A DNA stretch of 64,000 bases from Dicyema japonicum (lineage: Eukaryota; Animalia; Dicyemida): NCBI GenBank assembly GCA_011109175.1, contig RDEW01000020.1, positions 62,001 to 126,000 of the forward strand, written 5' to 3'. Positions within the stretch are counted from its first letter, which is position 1. Each line of letters opens with the position of its first letter. The notes under the pieces were generated by a model. That model made no database searches. It worked only from the letters and a program-made list of their open reading frames with translations, and was not told the DNA's origin. Both the position numbers and the translations under genes were made by a program. This document shows positions 1-12,900 of the stretch, one piece after another.

Positions 1-149
1 GTTGTCATATATATACAACATTGAGCTTTAGTAAGTATACAAGTCTGGGCTGTGGAAGTCCCGGAAAAGACTAACGTCCTTTTTCAAATAATCGAATCTA
101 CCGACAGGCCTTCCGCAGGAGCATGATCACGTGGAACAAGGAACGTGCA

Positions 150-800
150 CAGGTGTCTAGTACAACTGCCAGCTATATCCTCTGGAACAGCCACTCGGTT
201 TTGTGACGCTCGTTACTCACTTTCGATATCATAGATCCAAGTGAATTAGAAAAGAGACCTTCTTGAGCCCGAAGACTCCACTCGTGTCGACAATAACGGG
301 TAGTGCACATAATCTGGTGGAGAGGTTGCTGTTTTCTTATTTTGGAATTCTCGAATTTTTGTGCAGTCTTTCCAGATTTCAACGTAGAGTCTGAAAGTCT
401 TGGATGGGAAAAGGTGCATGCGCATCCCCGACCCCAAATCAGGCATTTCCCCGAGAGAAGGAACAGACAGTGATCTCGTCAAGGCATTTTCCATGTCCAT
501 GATCCAGGCCCAACAGTTCCAGAGATACGGGAATCCAGCCACCTAAAGAATGTGCTCCACGGCCTTATTAATGGTGGCATGTCTCGGAAACCGGTCACTG
601 CTGTGTCGGCAAGAGAGTAAGTGAAGTCCTTTACAGTCCATAACAGATCCACAGCTTCACGAATGAGGCTGCTATAGGTCGACCCCGAGACGAACGGAAA
701 TATCTATTCAAAGGGCATCCTTATCCAGAAGGGAACAAATAGAAGATAATGAATACTAGCTGGTAGGGGGTAAAGCTAACAGAATCTGTTCTCGTTTATC
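150..800 (-). mobile_element. Decayed CRE-like non-LTR retrotransposon 3' part (zinc knuckle + restriction-like endonuclease)
   Basis: Across frameshifts reads LLDKDAL*IDISVRLGVDL...SCGSVMDCKGLHLLSCRH..RHATIN..., then VIVDTSGVFG...TEWLFQRI*LAV, matching the CCHC + RLE C-terminus typical of CRE-clade elements. Confidence 0.65.
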
Positions 801-824
801 GAGAGATTAAAAATTTGTGTGTTT

Positions 825-1615
825 TTTTATTTATTTAACCCAAGACCACGATAAAGCCAAACTAATTATTACGTGATCCCGATGAATTCTAACAGAGACT
901 TCATCTTTGCCCGGTGTTCTTCCTAAGTGCCCGCATGAACGTACAGGACGGCTGCCTGAATTTTCAGGGCCACCTTCCTGTGATCTGGAGTCTAGTCTCA
1001 TAAGGGCCTCCAGAGGCGTAGGTCGGTTCGGTGATCATCACAAATCCAACGCTCCGTTTTTCCGTAAGCCCTCTTTTGCATTTCCTCAATTTTCCTCATA
1101 TTTGTCCAAGATATGGACGGTCCCCAAGAGGCGCATGCATATGAGAAACATGGCTCGATGTACTGTCTGTACACGTTCATCAAGACTGGGTGAGTACCAC
1201 TCTTCCATATTCCCGATAAACTTTTCAAAACGTTCAGTTTCTTCTCGCATTTCGATAGAATGCTTTCTACGTGTGGTGTCAAACAGAGATGCATATATTT
1301 TGTCACACCCAAGATCCTTTGACATCTGTTGAAAGGGATGTCGACCTTGTTTAACTTCAAGGTGACTGTCTTCCATCCCAATCTTTTGTCAGAGGTAAAT
1401 AGTGACGTAGACGACTTCTCTGCATTCACCACAAGCCGGTTTTCCACTATCCAGGCATTAAGCCTGTCAAGGTTAATTTGTATCCTTTCTGTGGCTTTCT
1501 GGATGTCCTGATCACGCGAAGCCAGCACAATATCATCCGCATGTAGAACATCATTATCAGATTCAAGAGTCGGGAGATCAGCCGAAAAGAGGTTAAACAG
1601 AACAGGGGATAAAGG
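825..1615 (-). mobile_element. 5'-truncated I/Jockey-like LINE: RT C-terminal half with (TAAA)n tail
   Basis: PLSPVLFNLFSADLP...HADD, then ORF 998-1528 (NAEKSSTSLF, ILGV, LSGIW, YRQYIEPCFSYACASW); tail at about 825-840. Confidence 0.8.
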
Positions 1616-1783
1616 ATTAATAATTTTTAATAAAATATCTATAAATTAATTCAGCATTAAAGATATAAATTTATTTATTTATGTGCTTTACTAAATTTAA
1701 TATTCAAAATATTGATTAAAATTGCATTTTTTTCCGTGTGGTCTAAATCTAGTGCTAGTGATTGACTTGTTTAGAACCCTATA

Positions 1784-2937
1784 ATGGAATTACCAGAAAA
1801 CGACATCTCAGGTTTTATTTGAAAGCCCATTACAGTAGAAAATGACAATCAAGAGATTTCAAGCTCAAACGATCATAGTGCGATTGAAAATTTTGAGATT
1901 GAAGATGTGACTAAATTATATGAAGTCTCTGATTTATCTATAATGTCAAGGAGGATGAATTACCTTTAGAAGCCGAGATTGACAGTGACGATTACAACCT
2001 CGATGAAGGATCAGTTGACGAGAACGAGTTGGGTTATCCTCATTCCTTCATAATAGATTTATCCACCGATTCGGGGAACTCTTATATCTGCAATGTGGGT
2101 ACATTTAGTATGAAAAAAATTCATATTGGGGAGAAACACCAGGCCGATATTCCACCAATTACCGACGAACCTCTCCCCTTAACTAGTCAAAATGAACAAA
2201 TCTTATGGAGTTGTTCAGACTTCTCATTGGACGAGGGTAACTGCACTTACTATTTTAGTTAGCAACTTTTTGGTCTCCGCTGGGTCGACTATTCATACAA
2301 ATGGCTGTGTGGCGGATGATGAGAACGTTTCTATGTTAGTAAGCTTTAGTTGCTGTTTGGATTAATGACCAATAATTACGACGTAGATGCTGCACTAGAA
2401 AATTCGCACGTGGGTGATTTTTCGGACATGACTGGTATCTTGTTGCATTTACTGCTAGAATTTATGAATTCGTGGTCAGAAAATGACTGTCTTGCCTTTG
2501 AGGATGGTCTTGTTAAATATGGGAAGGATTTCCTGGCAATTCGAAATGTGAAGCTCCCGTATTACGAGGTGGGTGATTTGGTCAAGTTCTATTATATTTG
2601 GAAAATGTCTCCACGTGCTGATGAAATCAATCTGTATCTCAAATCCAATTCGGCTTATTGGAAAACTGTAGAATATGGGAACAGAGATATGTAGTCATTT
2701 TGTCTATATTTTAGTGACCTCACAAAAGTTATTGTCTCCCACGTGTGTAAGGATGATTCTTTACGCTATCCGAATGGTTATCTGTCCAGTTTTCGGAGGA
2801 ATATTGGGCCGAAAGATGACTCTGATGAGGAAAGCTCTTTAATCCCCAAAATTGATATGAAATACTATGCCTTTTTTCTGCATGATATTTACCGCCAAGC
2901 TAAGGGGAAGTCTGTTAATGAGGAAAATGACCCCTGA
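1784..2937 (+). CDS. ELM2-SANT corepressor (MIER-like), multi-exon
   Basis: Acidic N-terminus; ELM2 start KIHIGEKHQADIP; SANT WSENDCLAFEDGLVKYGKDFLAIR...FYYIWK; short GT-AG introns join the ORFs; ends TGA 2935-2937. Confidence 0.75.
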
Positions 2938-3049
2938 AGACAGTTCCTTACATTTTATTTGATATTTATTGTTTTCTTATTGACTCGTTAAGCACACTTC
3001 ACGTGGGAGGCTGGTGACCATTAGGAAGTGCACCATTAAGACCGCTATT

Positions 3050-4310
3050 AATAGATCCTACACTTTCACGTTGAGTCATGGTGGTTCATAGTGAGAGAAG
3101 AGATTTCGAATTTCTTTTGCTACCGGAGATGGATCATCCAACCTCTACTAAAGTATTCTCACTTGTCCTTTTATCAAAAACAAATATGTCCGGCTTGTTA
3201 TTCTGTACTTTGACATCAGTCATTAGCGTCGTATTGACTCGGATCTCAACATTCTCAGTTGTTACTATTGATTGGACTGAGTGAGTCTTCAGTTTCTTTG
3301 AATATGTGATTCCATATATACGACACAGGTTTAAATGAAGACATCTCACCAACTCATTGTGACGTCGTATGTAATCACTATTTGATATCCTATTGCATCT
3401 CGTTGCCAAATGATCGACTGTTTTTGCAATGATTGCAATTCGATCCTTTTTCTTTAAAGAACAAATTTCGGTCTTGTAAAAGACAATACAAAACTTCGGC
3501 TCTTGGACTATTATTCCCTCTTGCAACCATCCCGAAGATGATGCAATGTCAACAGTCGGATCTTTTAAACATTTGAATAACATAGAATGAAGAGATTTAC
3601 TGTTAATTTTCATCAATAACCATTCAATTTGGACTTGTTTAAGTTTCCCTACATCCATTTTAGAGGAATTTTCATCCAAGTTATCTTTCTGAGTTAAGAA
3701 TCCCGTTGCCATATGTGTTTTCTTTAAATTGACAGCCCGCAGAATTCCAGCTTTCCTCAGACACACATTAGATTTTCTTTCCAAATCATGGAGGAATTGG
3801 AACAACATGCATTCACTTTTGAACACGATTGAAGTGAGTCCTCTCCCAAGCTTATCTCTTGGTAAATAGACCCTTTCTTTATTTGCAGGCTTTAAATGAA
3901 GTTTTGTCTCATAAAGAATACGTCGAACATCAACATCCTCAAACTCATGTGGTTCAATATTGATTAGTCCAAAATAATAGTTGTAAAGTGACAGTGGGGA
4001 TTCGTTAATCGCTTTGAACATATTTACTGCATTCAACTTTGCTTGCCAAACCCTTAATTCTTTTTCGGCAATCTTTTCTAAAATTTCCTGTTTTAGAGTG
4101 TTACTCCATTTATCCTCCAACATTCCTAGGTATCGATAACCTTGAGTTCCATCCAAATATTTTGCTTCCTTTGATAAACATTCAACATTAGTAGCCGACT
4201 TAATGTTTTTATTGAGTCCTGCTGATTCAAAAAATAATTCAATGTCGTGCATCATCTTAATAATCGTGGCCTCTTCCCGGGCAAATATTTTTCTAATTAA
4301 CAAGAACAGG
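3050..4310 (-). mobile_element. R4/Dong-like (RLE-type) non-LTR retrotransposon, 3' half
   Basis: ORF 3134-4303: YRYLG, ERVYLPRDKLGRGL, DHLATRC...RRHNELVRCLH zinc knuckle, KPDIFVFDK...LVEVG RLE motif. Confidence 0.85.
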
Positions 4311-4344
4311 ATTTAATTTATTTCTCGGTGTATTAATAATCAAC

Positions 4345-4535
4345 TAGACTTTACGAGTGACGCCATCATCAGTTAACATTTCACTGCAGAACCGGATCTA
4401 TAAAGGACATAAACCCAACAAAAAGAAAAAAGAAGTGAAGATCATTCCTGGTCCTCCCTCTACGATTAGTTATCATAACTGTTCTTGGCATAAAAATTAA
4501 GTGTTTATCGTGCCTGAGAGGAGCTATAGCTAATA
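4345..4535 (+). mobile_element. 5'-truncated copy of the tRNA-derived SINE family (see 58850-59510)
   Basis: ACGAGTGACGCCATCATCAGTTAACATTTCACTGCAGAACCGG...CGATTAG aligns with the reverse complement of both SINE copies near 59 kb. Confidence 0.7.
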
Positions 4536-4599
4536 TCTCTTCGTTAATTTTTTAATTTTTTGCCGCGTGGCGCCATGTGGTGCTGCGTGGTTAATCGGT

Positions 4600-4885
4600 T
4601 GAAGTTTTCTGCTTGCTTGTCTGTTCCTCCTCTCTCTTCCTAATAAGAGTGGAGTCATGTGATCCGCCTGTCTAGGTGACGCCCAGTGCCAGACCGGCAT
4701 GAAAAAGGATCATTTGCTCTTTCCCACTCCACTGGAGGGGTTTCCACAACTGCATGTAATGGACGTCTTTTTATATGATTCCGGATGGACTCTGTTTCTG
4801 TAAAAGTGGAAACTGGATACACTTAATTAGTTGTTTACTTTAACTTCTTTCTCGGTGTATCCGGGGTTAATAAATAATAATAATC
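4600..4885 (+). mobile_element. 3' end of I/Jockey-like element with hairpin and (TAA)n tail
   Basis: HLLFPTPLEGFPQLHVMDVFLY-like terminal peptide, then CACTTAATTAG...CGGTGTATCCGGGGTTAATAAATAATAATAA. Confidence 0.5.
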
Positions 4886-5329
4886 TCTTCGTAAAGTGCA
4901 GTATTATCAATCTAATTTACCATAATACGTCAACCACGTGCATCCAACCTTTTGATACTCAATTATTCGCTTAACATTTTCATGGAATTTCAAAATTAAT
5001 TAATGACGTCATTTTACAATTGCTTCCTAGATTCTACCGGGAAATCTATCAAAACTCTTCTTGGATTGCCTTAGTAAAAGAAAAATCGACTCAAAATGGA
5101 TGGCCAACTACGGAGGGAAAACAAAAGGGAGCACAAAAATCAAAATGGTTACATTTGTTTTCGTCTTTGAATCAGAATAGAAGTTTGGAAAAGCTGAGCA
5201 GATGAAGATCAGAACCAAAAGGACTCGAACAATCTGATTTAATTTTACGTAAAAATTTCCAAAAACCATTAAAGTTAGGGGAACAAAGAATGATCCGACT
5301 TCATATAAGCCAATCGCGTTGCTCTGCTC

Positions 5330-6010
5330 CATGCTGAAAATCCTAGAGAGGTTGGTTCTTTCAAAAATTAAAGGTTTTCCCCAGTATATGGCATTTCAAC
5401 GTGAATTCAAGGAAGAGAGGTCTGCTTCGGCTCACAAATCAGCCTTGAATAATACATAATGGATTTTCGCAAAGGCTGAAACACCTGAAGACTCCACTTT
5501 GCTTCATTGATGTCCAAAAGGCTTTCGACTCAGTGTTAAAAAAGATCCTTACTATGAAAATTTTCTAAACAAGAATCCCAGAAATTTAAACTCTGGCTAG
5601 CTAACTTCCTTAGCAGTCGACGAGGACGTGTTTGTACAGACAGTCAATGGTGCTCACGACTTAAAACGTTTTAACGAAATGCGAGAAGATTAATTTTCTG
5701 AAGAGTCTCTTAGAATTATGGAAGGTCGATAGCCATCCGGTCCTTTAATCCAAGTACAAAAATTTACATCGAGCCTGTCATCTCTTACGAATGCGCATCA
5801 TGGGCCTTTTCATCTCATGGACCAATTCTGTTAGGGTTTTTTTGGTGGCTACCCAAAAAAAGCTCTGACGCCTGGAGTAATATGTTTGAACTGAATGGAG
5901 GTACATGTCCCTTCTATCGGGACCGAACCGTTCCTTAGTCAGTTTGGACTTGTGTGGACCGACAAGAAGCACTACCCCAGGCTGAGGATACTTAGTCGCA
6001 TGAGGGTCAC
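5330..6010 (+). mobile_element. Decayed I/Jockey-like RT fragment
   Basis: SMLKILERLV, a DVQKAFDSV-like motif and KIYIEPVISY-like segment, with many stops and frameshifts. Confidence 0.6.
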
Positions 6011-6139
6011 AATTAGCTCAGGTTTAACATTTATCTTGGTTTTAATACTAATGTTTAATATGAGGTATATTGAAGTTTTTACACTCATTTGAGACACTTT
6101 TATTGAGTGAAATATAAAAATTACAAACAGGTGTGAATT

Positions 6140-6830
6140 CAGTGGTTCTCAACCGCAGCCCATCGGGCCGCATGCGTCCTTTTTAAAAGTATAAAAATAT
6201 TAAATATTTTTGGTGGATCCTCATGTCCAGATGAAGAAAACTATTGTTTGCATTAAATTTTAATTAATATTCAAGAAAATCGTGCATTTAACCCTAAATG
6301 GAAGGAATATTTTTTTTGAAGCCTGATTTGTCACGCACATTGCCTGATTTGTCATTTTATTATACGATGTCTGAGTCATATAATGTCGAGAGGCATTATA
6401 TGAATAATTTTTCAGAATATGTTTTTTTCAAGGTAAATCAAGAAAAATCTATATTTCTGTGAAATCAAATCGCAAACTAAACACCATTTTGTTAAATAGC
6501 ATATGTTCACTTTTAAAATACCAAATTACGAGTGCGTACAAAAATATGTCTGTAATTGGATCAGAATGTCTGTAAAGCTCTGTTCAGCAGACACACGGAT
6601 CAAAGCTAAATTTCGCAACCAATTAACTAATGAACATCTTATGCAACTGTTACGTACGTCTTCATCAAAACTGAGTCCCTGTTTTGAAAGAATAGTAGAA
6701 GGAAAGCAGATTCAATTCTCACATTGATTTTAGTTAATTAAGTTTAATTTTCTTTAAATTTTTTTGCGGCGCGCGAAACAATTGTTAATTATTGATTTGG
6801 CAAGCAGACCAATAAGGTTGAGAACCACTG
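6140..6830 (+). mobile_element. Internally deleted hAT (GTF2IRD2/SPIN-like) DNA transposon
   Basis: Perfect 15-bp TIRs CAGTGGTTCTCAACC (6140-6154) and GGTTGAGAACCACTG (6816-6830); ORF 6503-6727 KFRNQLTNEHLMQLLRTSSS resembles the hAT C-terminal dimerisation tail. No 8-bp TSD seen. Confidence 0.85.
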
Positions 6831-6986
6831 ATTAAAGTAGTACAACAAAATGTCGTTTTAATAATAATTAAACATTAAATAAAATAAAAATTTAAATTAA
6901 ATAAAAAAATAAAAAATAAAATGAGAAAGTCAAAATTATACAATCGTTTTCGCGTTGTGTGATCATTGATTTAAATTTTATTACGA

Positions 6987-9900
6987 ATGAAGAAAGTCTT
7001 TTCTGATGTAAAGTTGGACTTTAACGAAAAGCAGTCGTTAAAAGACGTTAAAATCAACAAGGGGATCATTATCAATGGTATTCTCACTTAAAGTAAATTT
7101 ACTAGAATTCAACTTAATTTGCCTCGTTGATCACTCCAATACTGTTTATATCTACTCAATATATGAAAGCAAACTGATAAAGCAAATAAAATTGGAGGAT
7201 TACTCCAAGAAGATGATTAAATCAGTCAATCAGATTTTGTTTTCCATAACCAGCTTAATTCCATCCATTTTTGTTGCCCATTCGTCTCCAAATTCCGAGG
7301 GAGGGATAATTATCATAAACATTGAAGACTTCGACTCTATCATTAGCATAAACACGTTGAATGAAGTTTCTTGCTGTTTTGAAGCTTAGGCGTTATCCTT
7401 GTTTGTGCTTTTGAAGGATAAACGGAAATTTGGAATGTCAGAGACCGTCATTTACGACGACTTTGTCCTCGTTGGATGTCCAATGGGAAAAATTTTCGTT
7501 TTTGGTATTTTTTCATATTAAATTACGCAACGACTATCATTTTGTTTTGTTTTACTCTATTTTGATAATATTTTACATTTCAGATTTGAATTCTGCCCTA
7601 AAAAACAATTTTTGGACTTTTAATGTGAGCATTCGCAAGCTGACGAATTTCACTTCATTTGCAGACAGTGAAAATAATATAAAAAGTGGGAAACTGTCAG
7701 CATACTGGATTAATAGTGAAATCTGGCTTATTTTAGGATTAAATTGCTGTGCCTCTGCATCTGTCACTCACATTAACTATATTTACTCTCGTAAACTGAT
7801 TCTGGTCGGCCTCAGTTCTGGCTTTGTCAAGATTTACCCACTTTTTAACGTCCCAACCACAAAGTAACTCTAAATTGCTTGTTTTAGAAATAACCTTAGC
7901 CTGAACGTGGGAAAAGAACTATCAATTCTCCATTCACAACAATTTCTCAACGTTTGTGGTGATGATTTCTCCAAATTAAATTTTTGGATCAGCTTCGGGT
8001 TTATTTTGTCATAATCCAGTAATAAAAACGTGGCTACTGGGCTTACACTTTTGCAAGTTGACTGCTCGAGTTTACTTAATACCAAGCAAATTTTGACGAT
8101 TGACTCCACCTACTTTAAAGGTACCCTACGAAGTCTGCAAATTGGTTCCATTTCAGACTACGTTTGCCCTGGGAAATACAACTTGACTGGTTTAATTTTA
8201 CTATTGCTATTTTACTAGATGTTTCTAATTTGAATGTGTTCTGCTCGACCACTGTTGAAGGAAATTGTCTAGTGGGGACTGTGTTTGTGTTTGATTGCAA
8301 CAAAATATTGAGTACTTACTCAAGGGAGGATGTTTTTGACAGGTTTGGATCTTATTTTACATGAGGTGCTGTCGCTCTGTTGAGTTCTTCCGCAGAGAGA
8401 AATTCCCTGATGATTCAGATTTGCTTGTTTCATTATTTTAATCATTTCAGAGCGTCTATGCCAGTTTTCCCTTAAACAGCCTTGATAAGTACTTGTCCAC
8501 TTTTTGTAGAGTTCATGATTATATTTAGCACTGAAAATACTCACTTTTGACGGTTATTGGAGTATGCTTGTCACGGGGGAACAATTCATGGTAGTATCTG
8601 CCTCTTATTTTAGCAACTTTATAAATTTTTGGAAAATAATAGAGAATCTAACCAAAACGAGGATACTTTTTTTACAAACTCAATCGAATCAATTTTAGAT
8701 GCTTTTCTAGTTGGAGATCACCACCCGAGTGTTCTTGAAAGCATATCTGAGCGATTTAGTGGTATTTACTAGCGTTTATTTTAGAAGTTCCTGGAAGAGT
8801 TCTCACGTGGGCTTCCACTAAAATACAAAATGGGTTGTCGATACTCTGTGATTTGGGTACATTTGTGGTCATTTTCATAGATAACAAAATAAGCGTTAAA
8901 TGTCAGAAGCGACTTTTGCTCGATTTGGTCGAATTTAGACGAAATTTGTATTCGATACAAAAGATTTTTGAGTATTTGGGGAAAAACGGACTTGTTGACA
9001 ATGGTTCGGGAGTCTAATATAGTTTAGCTCAAGTGCAAGTCAGTCAATGTGAGTCATTGGATAGACTTTTACAGTTTTTTCATAGTTTTCACTCAAATGA
9101 CTTTGTATTTGGTTTGCTTTGAGTAACTCAGTTTAGACCATTTCGGAAGCTTGAATTACCGTCGATTAATGTCGTCTTTGAAGGAAACGATTGATGAAAG
9201 AAACGCTGCCAATCGTCCCCCACCTTTGATTGAATTGTTGGTTGACAGATATGGCTGTTTTGATAGCAATTACAGTCCAATTGATATTATAGTTGTATTT
9301 TGTATTTATTATAGAAAATTCTCTCACTTCCTAGGATGAGTAGCCCATTTGATACATTCGCTGCTGTTTTGGCGTCTTATACTATATTAGATTTGGTCAA
9401 TTTGGCCGGACTTTCCGATTTTATTTCTTCTGATTTCAATTTTTTGGTGAATCTGTTAGATAGAATGTGTCTAACACTTCACAGTCACAGGATTTCTTTC
9501 ATTTCTTTAATAATTTGGATTATTGACAATAAAAGCTTAGACGAGGCCTCCAATCTTCTCAAAGTATTCATTCTCTCATTTTCAGACTGTAATACCAAAT
9601 CTGATGGAATATCCATTTCAAAGCGGCGATAAATGGCTGTGTGGGATGATTCTGCAGAGAATGGTCGTGTTTGGATTCTATGAGTTGGCTTACGAGTTTC
9701 TGACCTCTGTGAATATTTTCTCAGACGATTTGTTTGTTCTCAAATTATTCGTTTATATTCGGCTGGAGTTTTCGCATATTTTACTAATCCTTAGGATGTG
9801 GAATAGGGCAGTCAAAATTGTACTTTCTGAAGACAGATCTCCATTGATGCTTCACTTTGGCTTAAAAATGGCCGATTGTTTGCTGTTTAATTACTTTTAG

Positions 9901-12900
9901 CTGAAAATTTTGCAAGGACTTTGGCGCAATTCCCGATTTCCGCAGAATTTAAGGATAAAATATTCGACGTTGACTGTGGAAAGTCTCCAATGTTTGAAAA
10001 TTATGTTTCCTTCTATCTTGGGAATCAGTGCTTAATTTTCACCAAATCTCACTCAAATGTTACATTTATTAGTGAATGTAGGACTTGACCACGTGTATGA
10101 AGAATAATTTGATAAGAAAGCTAGAAGATGGTGGAAATGCCCCGGAAGATCCTCTTAAATCATTATTGGAAGCCTTTTCTCTTAAGCCTGACATGACCGA
10201 TGAGGCATGTGTGGATTTCTTTGCAGGTGGAATCAGGTTGTTTAAATGTCTGACATTTAGAGATGAAATTGATAGTCTGTGGACCAAAGACTGTGTAAAA
10301 CAAAGGGAACAAATAAAGTTGACTTGTTTAGACTATTATAGATATAGTTTGAATTCCTTATGGGAGGTTTTTGGATCTTATAAGTTTGAAAACAAGGCTG
10401 AACGGTATGTGCACTTTAACTGCAATCCGATAGTACACGAAATGTATTCTCTGTCCATAGTTTAGATTTGGCGATTCCTTTTCTGTTTGTCAGTCAGATG
10501 AAGCCCAGGTAAGCATAGTCAGTGATACGTCGATTGAGATGGTCAATTACTCATACCCAAATGAGCTAGTCTCTGATGTTCAAATGCTGACCTCTCCCGC
10601 TGATAATTACCATTTAATCAATCTGGGCGAATCGATACCGCAAATTGAACAAATGACAGGGAATATTGGCAGAGATGACCTATTCCAAGGCGAAGACATG
10701 TTAATTTCTCCAATTGTTAAAGCTGGGGACATTACTGGGTCGGTTACCTCACAGGATGTTAGTTATGTTGCAACACACTGCAGAACTAAGGACAAATCAG
10801 CGTTACCAAAACAAGACCGATTACCATCGACTACTTTGAAAGAGGACATGTCAGAGGTATCGAAAGGGGAACAGTCCCCAACTGGTGCTAATATTGGGGA
10901 ACAAACTCACACTTTGAATTCAGATAATCTTTTATCGGCATTTTCGCTTCGTGCCGCTATTACTAATCCTATTTATGATAATTATCAGAATATTATTGAA
11001 TCGAAGCTTATGGATAATTCTCGTTATTTGGATGAGAGTGCTCAGAGTTCTCCTGACCGAAGTATGTTGACCTCGGTGGATCAACCATTTACTCGCCTTC
11101 CGAACCTATCGAGGCCTTCTATTTCTTGTAAAACTGAGGACTTGCCTGAAAAAATATTATCAGTGATGTCTAATGTGGGTACCCCTATGGAGTTGTCAAC
11201 TATTGAATTGCCTGAATCCTCTAAGAAAGAAGATTTAATACGCGAATCAGTTTCTGGCTTGTCCTGTAGTGACGCACAATTTACTCCAAAATTTCCGCTT
11301 TTTGAGACACGTGACGATATTATTGAAACTGAGACTTCAGTAATTTATCAGCCGATGAATATTTCCATTCCAGCCACTGTTCCCCAATCTACTTTTGAAT
11401 CTCCGTTAGAGTCGTCTGTCTTTTTTGAAGTGAAACCTATTGAGGAGAACACCCCTCAGTCTAGTGAACAGTTCGAAACTAGAGAGGTTGAAAAACATTC
11501 ATTTTCATTACCCACAAAATTATTCGTCGAATCAAATGTTAGCATAGGTGACATTTCACCATTGGCAGGCTCAACTGATAATATGGAGTGTTCTTGTGCA
11601 TTGCCGATTACTTCAACTTTATCCCATAACGAATCATCAAAATTACCACCAGTGGAGATTACTGAAAAGATTACAGAGTGTCTTGATCGCCAAAGCACAA
11701 ATACTGGTGTCTTCAAGACTCCCAGTGTTCCTCAGTTACTTAGAGAAAAACATTCCCTAATCAAAGATGATTGTTCATTCACTCCCATGCCTAAACAAGT
11801 TCCATTTACAGAATTTTCCTTTCAGCAAAATATGGATGAATCGAAATATTCCTTTGCCGAACCCGCGACTATGTTGAACTACAGTAATCCTGGAGAAAGT
11901 GCTAATACTAGTATCTTTAATGCGGCCAGAGTTCCCCAGTTTTCTAAAGAAAGATTTTCGTTCGTCAAACCTGACAGTATATTTACCCCAGAACCTAAGA
12001 AACTTATAATTACAGAATCTACTGGGGAACTACCTGATTTTGATGCTAGTAAGGCTAATGTTGAACATGTTAATGAATCTAAATGTTTAATGAAAACACT
12101 TTCATGTCAAGAAGATTCCTCCGACGTCATGAGTTTTGTTCCTCCCCTTATTAAATTATCAGAGTCCGAAAAGCGACCTTTTGTGGGATTTGGGCTTTCT
12201 GACCCATCTGAGAAGACTAGTCACGAATTCCAGATTAATGAGTCACTCAAACATTCTTTTGCTCCTCCTTCCGTTATATTTCCCACGTCCTCGGATATTT
12301 CTCAGAATATGTGTGAACCATCTGCTGCTGGATTTGAATTTACAGGGCCCGATATTCTCTTTCAATCCACGTGCCAATCCATCAATGTTGGGTCAAAGTC
12401 AGTCATGGAATCTTCTGTTTTTACAGAGACTTTACCTGCTGACATTAATATTGGTCAGATACCATTATCTCAATCTGTGGAGACATCATTTATTACTCCC
12501 AGTTTTCTACAAACCGAACTATCAGGAAGAATTAGTGTAATTCAAGATGACAGACTGGGAGTTGTTAATTCTCCTTCTGTACTTCACAATCAGTCAAATA
12601 AGGAAACTCTTCAGGATCCTCAGGAAACGCCTTATTACTACCCAAAGTCGGCAGAAGAGACTGTGAGAGATATTTCTGGTGATTTCTCTGTCACTCAAAC
12701 AGAAAATGTCCGATCTGTTGTGGAAATTAGTGATTCGGGAAATAAAGATGTACCATGTGAAGTTTGTGATATTTTTGACTCTTAGGAAATGCCTTCTACC
12801 CAAAGCAATCAAGAAAATGAAGAATTTTCTGAAGAAACTGAAAAGCAATATGAAATTGTTTCAGATAAGGGAAATTTGTCGGAGGCTGCTATATTTGATA

